Shown here piece after piece: positions 1 through 10,959 of a stretch of 64,000 bases of DNA. Each line of letters starts with the position of its first letter. The first letter of the stretch is position 1. The notes below the pieces were generated by a model that saw only the letters and a program-made list of their open reading frames with translations, ran no database searches and had not been told where the DNA came from. The position numbers and the translations under genes are program-made. Source of the DNA: Selaginella moellendorffii (taxonomy: Eukaryota; Plantae; Lycopodiophyta); assembly GCF_000143415.4 (NCBI RefSeq), contig NW_003314307.1:1034952-1098951 (forward strand), read 5' to 3'.

Positions 1-2494
1 TTGGGAGTGCATCTCTGTAGTTATCAATGAATCGCAGCCCTTCCTATAACAAATGAATTTTATTACCTTTCGATGCTCACTAGAGAGCACATTGTCAGCG
101 TCACAATCCTCGGAGGATGGAGATGTACATGTCCCACTAGACTGAGAGCGTAAGCGGTTCACCTCTTCCTGAATGAATCATCACATACAGATGAAGGATA
201 AAAACCGAACACGCATACTTTGAGTTTGTAAATTTGTTGTCGTAGAACATTAACATCACGCGATGTATCTTCGTTTACCACGGCCTGCCCCAAACGAGTA
301 TGGAGTAAAGCACAAACTTTCATAAAACGTACATTATTGCAGATGAACTTCGCCCTTTGTGCAAACTTTAACGTGCTTAGTGTGTCCAAGGAACAGCTGC
401 AATAAAATGCTTAACACGAAAACAGTAGCAGTAAATCGTACCAGATCGAAGGACTCACGGTGCTGATTATCATTGTTTTAGAGTTCCCTCCTAAGGAATC
501 CTGTTCCAATATTATCAATAACAGATCAAAGAAAAATAATGGACTCGACTAAACCTGAAGAAGATACGTAAGCTTTGAATCACGATATGGAACATGTCTT
601 TGCTTTCCATTAGCAACGTCCACTAATACCATAATGACGAGCCTAGAGAAAGAAACATAAGCAGATGATGAACGAGTTTTCGAATCATGCTCACCCAAGC
701 GTTGATAGAGATTTGTTGATATTCACAGCCTCTTTCAACCTATCATTTTCAGCGCCCGAAGACTTCTGCCTGCAAGAGATTCAATCAACCCCGTAAAGCA
801 CGAACAACGTACCTCTCAGAACCAGCTAGATCAACCAAGTTTAGCCTTCCGTATCTTCGATTAATTACTGCCTCTCGTTCCCACTGTAGAAGACGTTTTA
901 GTGAAAATTGGTGTACTACAAAATGCATACCGTGCTTTCGATAACGCAAGTCAAAACACTATGCGAGCGGCTACTCTCCCTGTTCATATTCGTAGCAGCA
1001 ACCTTGCGGTTAGATGCTCCCTGTAAGTAAAAACATGAATGCCATTTAAGTCTTAACCGGGGCTTGACAAAAACCTGAAGCAGAAGTTGCGTGACATCTT
1101 TCAAGCAGTTGACTTCAAACTCTGAAAGGCTTTCGACATAAACACCTTTCCTTGCATCCTCTCTCACTTGCAAGTTCGTTGATGAAGGTTCGAGAAGATC
1201 AGTAATCTGTTCGTTGTAGATTTCCAGGAACGAGCATCTACATGTATATCTAAGGTTTTCGTCTTTACGACCTTGTTCTTCCTGAAAAGAAAAACATTAG
1301 AGGCTTCAAAACTTACCCAGAAGGATAATCTTGCCTTTCGGATGGTAGAAAATAGGTGCTCAAAAGCTCGAAGAATCAGACCACGATTCTCACTATCTTT
1401 GCTAGTGATATCACCAAGCATGGTATGCGTCTTGCCACTACCAGTCTGCATTTTCCATCTTAATTTTAAATACTAAGACAACGTAATAAAAACAGCAGAC
1501 CTGGCCGTAAGCAAACACACAACTGTTGTACCCTCGCATACAATTTTCAACCATAGGCATTCCAGCAATTCTAAAGAGCTTATCCTGCCATGTCAAACGT
1601 TAGAAAGCAAGCTAGACAACGTAGCTTGATCTACCTGAGTGATAGCCTCGCACGCAACATGATCAAATGTGAATCTGGTGTCCGGATTTCCGAGCCAGGT
1701 TAAACTATGAGCACTATCTTGCCTGATGCATGTATCATATCCTTCTGCAGCAATCTCGTGGCTACTCAGTGGTCGAATTCTTATAAGCACCTGAAAAACA
1801 CGCGGGAAGTTGCAAAACCGAGGAAAGAATGGAACTTTCAGCCAGAAGAGAAAGTGACAATGATATAAAGTAATACCTGGACACTGTGCTCCAGCCAAAA
1901 CGAACTGTCTTCCTCGAGATCAAAAACGGGTTGGCAGTCTGGATGGACGGCCGCAGAATTAAAAACTTTAGAGCTGTTATGTCCTGCCCTCTGTGGAGTG
2001 GAAGATCCATACTTCAGAGATTTGGAGATGATCTTCCTGGGCGTGGCCGCATCATTGCTGCTTCCGGCCGTAGAATGGCAGTCCTTCTCGGGCTTTGAGC
2101 TACGAGGAGTACCTGCCTTATGCGTGCTTTGATGAGGGTTCTTGGGTATCCCTGGCTGCTGTGGGCGATGACTCGCTGGCTCACTCTCGGCTCCAAGATT
2201 CTTGACTTGTCTCTGGTACCAAGAGAACTTTCCCTTCGGTCGCTTCTCGGGAGTAATCAAGAGATTCTCCGGGACATTCTCGGAATGCGGGAACACGGTC
2301 GCGAAGCTCATGCTACTGCCCTTCTTCCCTCGGGGCGTGGCGCTGCTGCTAGGGCCTGTTTCTTGGTGATGCGAGGACGGGAGCTCGTGTTCCAGGAGAT
2401 GATCGCGATCCGTGTGGCCGCTTCCCGGATTATGCTTGGCCCCGCCTCTGGGAGAGCTCCCTATGAGCATCCGGAGAGGAGAAACCTTCGGCAT
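1..2494 (-). CDS. Kinesin-12 (PAKRP/POK-like) motor protein, multi-exon, runs off the left edge
   Basis: Exons encode [26 protein letters not shown] (P-loop), [38 protein letters not shown] and [12 protein letters not shown]. The [17 protein letters not shown] motif ahead of the motor is typical of plant kinesin-12. ATG at 2494. Confidence 0.93.
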
Positions 2495-2775
2495 TCTTGA
2501 ATCCTAGCAAAATCTACCCCTACACTCGCTGCTACCTCGCGCAAGGCGCTGCCGCTGTCGCAAAACAGACCCCCGGCGCTCGATCGAGCGCACCCTGGCC
2601 TGCCACGAAGAACCCTAAATCGGCAGCGTGGGCGCCTGGCACGCTGCAACAAATGCCCCAGTGACTGAGTCCGGGCATTTTTCGTCTGGGCCTAGATTTC
2701 CATGGATGGGGCAGGTTTAGGGCTTTAGTTCCTTTGCACGAACGCAGATCGCGCGGCTGGATTTAAAAGCTCGCA

Positions 2776-2812
2776 ATCGAACGGCTGTCGTGCACGGGCG
2801 GCAACGGTCGAT
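2776..2812. promoter_or_regulatory. Clustered AACGG (MSA-like) motifs upstream of the kinesin
   Basis: gAACGGct at ~2780 and cAACGGtc at ~2803, about 300 bp upstream of the ATG. MSA elements drive G2/M genes including phragmoplast kinesins. Confidence 0.45.
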
Positions 2813-2917
2813 TGTTGTGGGACCCAAGACTTTATTTTTGGCCAGAATCGAAACCGAAACCACTGGCACCAGCTTAATTAATCTGGTAGCGTGCTTTTAA
2901 CATAACCAAAGAATACT

Positions 2918-5900
2918 TTATTTCCATGCTTTCTTTCCACGGAAGTTCTTCGTCAATCTAGCCTTGGATTTTCGATGCTCGCGAGTTCGAGCGGATTTCA
3001 TGCGCCGAGCAGCCACTGGGAGGTTCTTTTTCTTCTCTTTTTGGCGATTACTCAAGCCTCCGGTCTAAATCCAAACAAACAAAATCTAACGAGTGAAATA
3101 GCGAATGAAAAACATACCTTTCGTTTCTTTACTGCTGCTCGTGAAGTATAGGTGCCTCTGTCGTCCCTTCCGGCCTTGGACGAAGCAATTCTCTCTTCTT
3201 TGCTTTGCTTTCTTCGTATGTTTGCCTGCAAAGTAAAGCAATACAGAGTGAGCGCTTCGTGCTGAAAGAAAGAAATGAAGAGCTTACCTCTAGTTTTGAA
3301 GGATCAAGCGGACGTTGGTTTTGTGACTCCGAAGCGATTTTCCTAAGCCCGTGATTGGAGAGGGCATTTTCAGCTTCTCGCTTGGCCTAAAAAGGAAGGA
3401 AAAAAGAAAAAGTGAAGTCAAAGTGGTACCGAGTGATGATAAGTACCTGGATCTCTCGAATTCGTCGGAAGTCTTCGTTTGATAAAATGCCATCGCCAGA
3501 GACCTCGTCATCCTCCAGTTTGCTACCCGCAAACCTTTTAAGTTGGCTCAAGCTCATGTCGTCAAGGTTTGATTCCTCGCCGTCCATTTTCTTTCGCTTA
3601 AGCGTCGCAACCTGTTTCATTTCGCCATTCTTCAGTTTCTTTTCCAAAGTCTCGGGCACATCTTCATCTGACCCTTCGTTGTCATCTCCACTGTCTTCAT
3701 CATCTTCGCCTTCGTCATCTTCTTCGTCTTCTTCGTCGTTGTCATCTTCTAGCTCTTCTCCACTGCCTTCACCCTCCTCCTCGCTACTTTCTTCTTCCTC
3801 TTCTCTTCCACTTTCGTCATCTTCGTCTCCACACTCTCCACTATTGTCTTCGTCCTCCTCTTGCTCCGCCAAAAGCTCTACGCCCGGCACGTCGGTGTGA
3901 ACAATGACTTTACCAAAAGCCTTTGGTTCCACGGATAAATCAGTGCCGCGACCACGGTGCTTCTTCATTAAAAGTGATGGATTAACCTGTCAAATAAAAA
4001 TTTGTGTCTTTAGTAAAGACTTCCAGGCACTTAACTAACCTGGCGATAGAGTCCAATGATGGAGTTCGCAGCGGCAGATACTGCTTTTTCTCGGGATTTT
4101 TTGTACATTGAAAGATCTTCAAGAAGGTCTCTTGTCATGATCTGCACGAAAGAAAAAACGGTGAGAAAAGGAACGAGACTTATGATACGATGATCTCACC
4201 AGTGGCATCCGAGCACAAATCTCACGAACGGTGTTTAGACCGACGGCAATAACCTGCGCTAGTCCATCAGCAACATAAAAACCATGAAAGATAATTTACC
4301 TCAGGCCGCGAGCGATCATGCACAAACGAGTTCACCAGTTGCTTCAGCAATGGTTCTACTGCATCAACTGGAACCTAAAACAAAGTGTCAGAAAGGAACT
4401 AAAGCGTGAGTATCGGCTCACCTTATCGTGGCATGCCTGAACTGCGGCCGCAAGCAGCTGAGTTTCATCTTGTTGGTGAGGCTGCAGGGAAGTTATAATA
4501 TTAAATCGGAATAGGGAACTAGTCCGCAGACTTACCGACACATAGCGCTGTAAATGAGGATAGAAACTGAGTAGTAAAAGCTGATGCATCCCCACGCATC
4601 GCGAAATAACCATAATCATCATAAGTTTCACCTATAGAAACAAAGACATATCACCATCTATGAATCCCAGAAGGTTTTCTTACCTGAAATTTCTCGTTAC
4701 AGTTTTGCAAACGCGCAAACAACTTCTCCGCGAATTCCTTGTTTCACAATACGTAGTGTTTTAGCAACTTCCGAACCGAGGTGAAAAACCAGTGACTAAC
4801 CTGTGGATCTCGCAGATGCTCGAGAGGTGCAAAGCTTCCTTTTTTTTCCTCCTGCGCTTTTATCCGCTGCTGTTTTTTCAAGCTACGGATGGCCCTCTCT
4901 ATCTTAGCTTGCTTCTTCTTCTTGCTCGAAACCGTGCCTTTGTGTTGTGACTAGAGTTCACCGAAATCGAACATTTCAATAGTGCGTGATAAATCAGCCA
5001 AACCTTACCTTGTATATGGCTTCCTTGCTCACACCAACAGCTCCCGAGGGTGTGTCATCTTCTTGATCGGACTCGTCGCTGTCTTCATCGTATTTATTTT
5101 CGTAGCCATGAAGAAATTTCAAGGTAGCTATCATAATTCTACGAAAACAGTGTCAAAATGGCAGCTTGAACTTAAAGAAAACTTGAGCTGAACTCACCTC
5201 GGAGACTTGTGGAAACAAGCGTTGCAGATGGCATTCGCAGTTTGCGGATCAATCCACACCTTTCGCCTGTAGAGCTCGCAAGTCAAGACGAAAGCATGCT
5301 TTGCACGAGCTTCATCGTCTTCCTAAACGTTTTAATGTCGGTGAGCGCTCGAAGCAATAAGAAAGTAGAAAAGTGCATACCTGGATTACTGGAAAGATGA
5401 TGTTCTGCAAGGACCTGTTCTTGGCTTCGTTCCTGTGCTTGCGATTCATGCGAGAGATGTTCTGCAAAAGGTGGGAGGAGACAAACTTTTTGAGATTTTT
5501 GTCTCCTGAGGATTGAAGCTTTATCATCACTGGCAAGACTTCCACGAGAGAAATTTTCTACCAGAAAAACGAAAGGTTAAAGACCTTGTGTAAATTTTTT
5601 TTCACTTCCTTACCTCTCGATTGCGAAGAAGAATGAGAGCTTGCGCAAGGTGACAACGCAAAGACGATGGAAGACGATTGCTAGCATTCTTGAGTAAATT
5701 GAGTAGCTGATGCGGAAATCCAGCCAGCTGCTTGGGATACGAGGGCGTAACATGAGCTAGAAACATCGCCATATCGCCCAGCTCCTTGGCGGCCGCGTGA
5801 TCGGGCGCCAGAGCGGCAAACGAAACGTTCCCATTCCCAGCATCCGGCGCCTCCAGTTCAAGAACACCCAAGCACGCCTTGAAATGCCGCAGCTGCAAAT

Positions 5901-5982
5901 CGAGCTCTGCCTCATACCCGCCGGGATCCTCCTTCATTCGCGATTGCAGCAGCAGCAAATCGGCGTGCGGAGTCACCTCCAT
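2918..5982 (-). CDS. SDA1: SDA1 homolog (60S ribosome biogenesis), multi-exon
   Basis: N-terminal LLLLQSRMKEDPGGYEAEL...MFLAHVTPSY...ALILLRNR; KHRNEAKNRSLQN; LLSFYPHLQRY..PHQQDETQLLAAAVQACHD; acidic region then ILSNEDFRRI; C-terminal ...FRGKKAWK stop at 2918-2920. Confidence 0.92.
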
Positions 5983-6141
5983 CGCGCACTCCAAGAGCCC
6001 TAAAATCAGACCAGAGTGATAAACCCTAAACTCTCATTGGACGGCTAGCATTTAATTCCAAGGTTTATTCTCCTTTATTCCCACCGATCGAACGGTCACT
6101 ATTCATCTTTAGCAAAAATCTTTGTACACAGACACCTAGCT

Positions 6142-6578
6142 TTAGAATGCCGATCCACTTCCCCTTCTCTGCCCGAGCAACACGTCCTTGGCCTCGTTGA
6201 TCTTCGTCGCGAGGTAATCGCTCCCTCCAGCATCTGGATGATTCGCGACCATCACTTTCCTGTGCGCCTCTTTGATCTTCTCCTGTGCGACGCTTTCCCT
6301 GTCCGCCAGAGCTTTGGACTCGAATCGAGAGAGGAAAAACCCTTACCTCACGCCAAGGATCAGCGCGGCTTCTCGTCTCGTCATCGTCGGCTGGAAACCG
6401 CCCTCGTAGAATTTTCGCAATCGCGGCACTGCCGGTCGCGTCCGGAACGCGTGCCATGCCTCAACCCCATACTTCCCAGCTATCGCAGCTGCGGCGATCG
6501 CAACTCCAGCAATGAATGGCGTAGCCTGCGACATTGGGGCATCAGCACGCTGATCGATCGATCCCATTCACTCACCAT
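6142..6578 (-). CDS. PAM18: Mitochondrial import motor J-protein PAM18/TIM14, 3 exons
   Basis: ATG-only first exon (6576-6578), introns 6526-6575 and 6299-6346. Product [21 protein letters not shown]...[64 protein letters not shown], with the HPD motif. Confidence 0.95.
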
Positions 6579-6599
6579 ACTTCCCTGGCGAAGCGCGCT

Positions 6600-6700
6600 T
6601 CGCTCGCTCGTAATCCCTAACCCTAAAAACGCCATAGCCAGAAAATGGACGGCGGAGATCTTTTGAGCAAGAACCCTAAGCCCTAATTTCTCTTGGCGAG
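6600..6700. promoter_or_regulatory. Telo-box-rich bidirectional promoter between PAM18 and RPL34
   Basis: Four CCCTAA cores (atccctaaccctaaaa; aaccctaagccctaa) in the 136 bp between divergent ATGs. A further AAACCCTAAA lies at 6021, ahead of SDA1. Confidence 0.6.
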
Positions 6701-6714
6701 GCGGCGAGAGAGCG

Positions 6715-7264
6715 ATGGCGCAGCGGCTGACTTACCGGAGGCGCCACAGCTATGCGACCAGATCCAACCAGACCAAGGTCGTGAGAACGCCAGGTAAGTC
6801 TCTCCTCCCTCTCTCTCGCTCTCGATCGATGCATTCTCACGGATTTCTCTCAGGTGGGCGTCTCGTCTACCAGACCGCGACGAAGAAGGCGAAGGGGCCG
6901 CGATGCGCGATCACCAAGAAGCCCATCATCGGGGTAAGGCATTCTCGATTCTCTCGCTTTCTCGCCGCTTAGCGCTAGCTCTTTGATCTGTGGTAGGTTC
7001 CTCGTCTAAGGCCGATGGAGTATAAGCGCTCTCGCATTGCCAGGCACAAGAAATCCATCAGCAGGGCCTACGGTGGATCCATGTCCGCGTCGGCAGTGCG
7101 CGAGAGGTAAAGTATCGATCGATCTGTCAATGGGATCTCTCAAAAAATACTTTGGTTCTTCCAGGATCATGCGAGCTTTCTTGGTGGAGGAGCAAAAGAT
7201 CGTGAAGAAGGTTCTCAAGGTCCAAAAGGCGAAGGAGAAGCAAGCCGCCAAAGCCCAAGCTTAG
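6715..7264 (+). CDS. RPL34: 60S ribosomal protein L34 (eL34), 4 exons
   Basis: [27 protein letters not shown]|[20 protein letters not shown]|[31 protein letters not shown]|[18 protein letters not shown] with GT-AG introns. Confidence 0.97.
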
Positions 7265-8162
7265 AACGATCTAAAGAATGTGGCCTCTTTTTTTGTTTGA
7301 AATTTTAAAGTCTCGACGTTCTCGTTCTTAGGGTTTTAGATAGGGTTCTTGCGGAGGTCTTGATGGCGCTGGGGAGAGCGCTCGCCTCCGCCGCGAGGAA
7401 AGCTGCTGCCGATTCCATTCCAAGATCCTACATTGCGTCTCGATCGGTGACAAGGTGTAGATATTTCGTGTTGTTTTCGATTCCATAGCCTGAGTCTCGC
7501 AGATTTCGAGCTGCTGCCTCCGCCGCGGCGCATTTCTCCATCCCTTTCCACAATGCGACCGCGCAAGCTCGTTTGGTCGCGAGATTGAGCGCTGGAGGGA
7601 ATTTCACTTCGTTTGCGTTGTTTCAAGGTACGTGAAATCGTGAAATTTTTTTCTTGTTTTCCTGAGCATTCATGCATGGGAGTTCGTATGTGGAATTTTT
7701 TTCCAAATCTTCTATGTTCATGCCAAAGTATTTGTGTGTGTGTTCGTGTGTGTAGATGATGAAGGCACATAGTGATGTTTCCAGCGCCCCTAAATGACAC
7801 TGCAATTTTTTTTACCTGCTTAGATGATCTTGATGACACCTGATGGTGCGGCTGCCTTGACGAATTGTTCTTGATTGCTGGAGAGGCTATAGCTGCTTTT
7901 CATCTTTCATTTCTCTTCTCGTTTTGAAAAATCTCTCACTTTTTCGGCTCTCATGATCGCGGTGTGTTGTTAGAACTCGGCTCAGCGCAGCCTCGATGAT
8001 TCCCGGGGTGAGTAAGCCATCGCGTCATTTTGTCCAAAGATGACTCTTAAACGTTTTTGAAATTCAAGCTGAGATTGTTTCATTAAGGTTCGCTATTCAT
8101 TCATTGGGTTTTACTTTGCACAAGTTGGGCCCGTCTGGAATGGTTCTTCACTTTCACTGTAG

Positions 8163-10940
8163 GCACAAATGGTGAAAGCCAATACTGAGGAGCAGCTATG
8201 GCAGCTATTCTTTGAAGACCCATCTTCCTGGTGGGACAATAGAACTGTGAAGGTACTTCTTGGTTCTATCTCATAAGTACTGAATAGATATCTTCTGTCT
8301 CTTTTCCTTTTCCAGAGTAATCCGAGATTTCCAGACTTCAAGCATGCAACAAGCGGAGCTAGTCTCTGGATCAATTCCCGGACTCCCAAATGGGTGGCAC
8401 CAAAACTGTCGACTCTGACTCAGACATCGTGCAGTGAAGTTCAGTTCCGAAAATCATGTGTTGGAAGCTCGGTGAGGAAGAAAGAAGTTGGCAAGCACTC
8501 GCTGGCGGCATATCTCAAATTGCTAGACGATGGAGTAAAGCCGGCTACTGGGTCAATCCTCGCTGCGTTGAAGGTCTGTAGCAGCTCACGAGATCTCCAA
8601 GCGGGTAAGAAGATTCATAAGGACGTAGTTGACAGTGGTGAACTCTCCAACATATTCATCTCTAACACTTTGATTGACATGTATGCAAAGTGCGGGAGCA
8701 TGGCTGAGGCTCGGCAGCTGTTCGACAGCATGAAGCACCGCGACGTAGTTTCATGGACTGCAATTGTCCAGGGATATGCAAACTCTGGGGAAGGGGAACT
8801 GGCTCTCAAGCTTTATTCAAGAATGCAAGAGGAGGGCCACAAATCCAACAGAGTCAGCATCCTGGCTGCGCTGAAAGCGTGTGCTAGTCTGGCAGAGAAA
8901 GAGGACAATGAACTTCTCGGTGGCAAACATCTCAAGGTGAAGTGCCTGGGAAGGGTCAGAGCTTTACACTCTCAAGTAACTGGCAACGAGGCCGAGCTGG
9001 ACCTTTTCGTGGCGAACAGTCTGATCGATGTTTACTCGAAGTGTGGGAGCATGGCAGATGCTCAACAGGTTTTCGACAAAATCCTGCATCACAGTGTGGT
9101 CTCCTGGAACAGCCTTATTCAAGGTTATGCCGAAAGCGGACAGGGTGAACAGGCACTAGAGTGTTACGAACTTATGCAACGTAGAGGCTTCAAAGCGGAT
9201 ACAGTGACACTCGTAGCAGCGTTGAAGGCCTGTGCTTGTTTGGCAGAAGGAGAAGAGAGAAATGGGAAGTTTGTCAACCTCCACAGAGTGAGAGCCATTC
9301 ACACTCTAGCGGCTAGCAACTGTTTGGTGGACGTTGTCCTGGCGAATACTCTTGTTGATTCTTATGCGAAGTGTGGGAGCATGGTGGATGCTCGTCAAGT
9401 TTTTGAGAAAATGGAGCAGCATACCGTGGTTTCGTGGACAGTACTCATTCTCGGGTATGCTCAGAACGGGGAAGGCGAAGTGGCACTGGAACTTTATGCT
9501 CGTATGAAAGACGAAGGTTGTGCAGCCAACCTCGTGACAATCCTGGCTGCTCTCAAAGCATGCACAGGTGTTGCTGAGAAAGCGTTCTCTTCAGGAACAG
9601 TTGCCAGGACGGAGTGCATTTGGAAAGGCAAGAGTATCCATGCTGAAGCTGCCAGAATTAGCGTGGAGATGAACCAGTCTGTGGCGAACACTCTGGTCGA
9701 CATGTACGCGAAATGTGGCAGCTTGGAAGATGCTCTTCGAGTTTTCCAGTTTATGAGGCGTCACGACGTTGTCTCCTGGAACTGTCTCATACTTGGTTTT
9801 GCCAAGTGTGGCAACGGAGACGCGGCTCTTGAGATGTTCTCGTGCATGAGGGACGAAGATCATCCTCCGGATCGCATTACTTTTATTGCTGCTTTGAAGG
9901 CCTGTGCGAGCTCTGCTGAACAAGAAGAAGCCAAGCTCGTCGACGGGAGAGCTGTGAAGCAAGAGTGCTTACAACGAGGCAGGGCTATTCATAAGAGAGC
10001 TGCAGAGAGCCTGGACATACTGGATCCGGCAATGCTCAACACGCTGGTGGACACGTACGCGAAGTGCGGAAGCATGGGGGATGCTCGGCAGGTGTTCGAG
10101 AGTATGCAGGAAAGGAGCGTTGTTTCTTGGAACTGCATAATTCTGGGATATGCACAGGCAGGAGAGTCCGAGATTGCTCTACAGCTTTATGCAAAGATGA
10201 GAGACGACGAAAACTCGTGTTTGCCAGACGCCGTGACTTTCACAGGTGCTTTCAAGGCTTGTGGTGCGCTGGGGGCGCTGGAAACAGGGAAGCAGATCGA
10301 AGCCGACGTTCGTAGTGCCGGACTTGACACTGACACTATGGTGCTGAACTCTCTCCTCGACTTTTACTGTAAGTGTGGGAGCATGCTCGAGGCCGAGCGG
10401 GTGTTTAGCTCCGTTTCTGCGAAGACGCAAGTTACGTGGGCTGCACTGATGGCTGGCTACAGCTCCATCGGACAGACGCAGCGCGTTTTTCAGCTGTTCG
10501 AGGACATGCAGCGGCATCGAGTTCAACCTGACCATGTTACGTTCCTCACACTTCTCAGCGCGTGCAGCCACGCGGGGCTTGTGGACAAGGGAAAGGAGTA
10601 CTTCCAGGCAATGAGCTCCAACAAGTTTGGAATAAGTCCAAGCCGGCAGCATTACTCGTGCATGGTGGATATGTTGGGCCGGGCAAACCAGCTGGATGAG
10701 GCCGTGACCATGATCCAGAGCATGCCGGGCAAAGCAGACGTGGTGATATGGATGGTGCTTTTGGCCGCTGCTGAGAAGTGGAAGAACGTGGATGCTGGGA
10801 GGCTGGCTTTCGAGTCACTCATGAAACTAGATGCGAAGAATGCGACGGCTTATGTGCTAATGTCCAACATCTATGCCGGTGCTGGAATGCTCGAGGAACT
10901 GGTCCAGATACAAGACATGTACAGGCAAAGTCACCACTAG
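8163..10940 (+). CDS. PLS-class PPR protein with E domain (no DYW) and an N-terminal OSB-type PDF motif; further 5' exons likely (candidate start 7363)
   Basis: Exon 8163-8252 splices over GT-AG intron 8253-8315 to 8316-10940, giving ...EQLWQLFFEDPSSWWDNRTVK|SNPRFPDFKHATSGASLWINSRTPKWVAPKL in frame with repeated P-L-S triplets. Ends HYSCMVDMLGRANQL..W..LL...AYVLMSNIYA (E1/E2). Confidence 0.9.
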
Positions 10941-10959
10941 CGACCAATGACGTTCCGGC

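Noticed and set aside
3412-3900. Poly-Ser ORF on the plus strand
   Set aside because: Antisense shadow of the acidic SDA1 exon.
10700-10940. Possible DYW deaminase domain on either PPR
   Set aside because: Both ORFs stop after E motifs; no PG box, HxE or CxxC follows.
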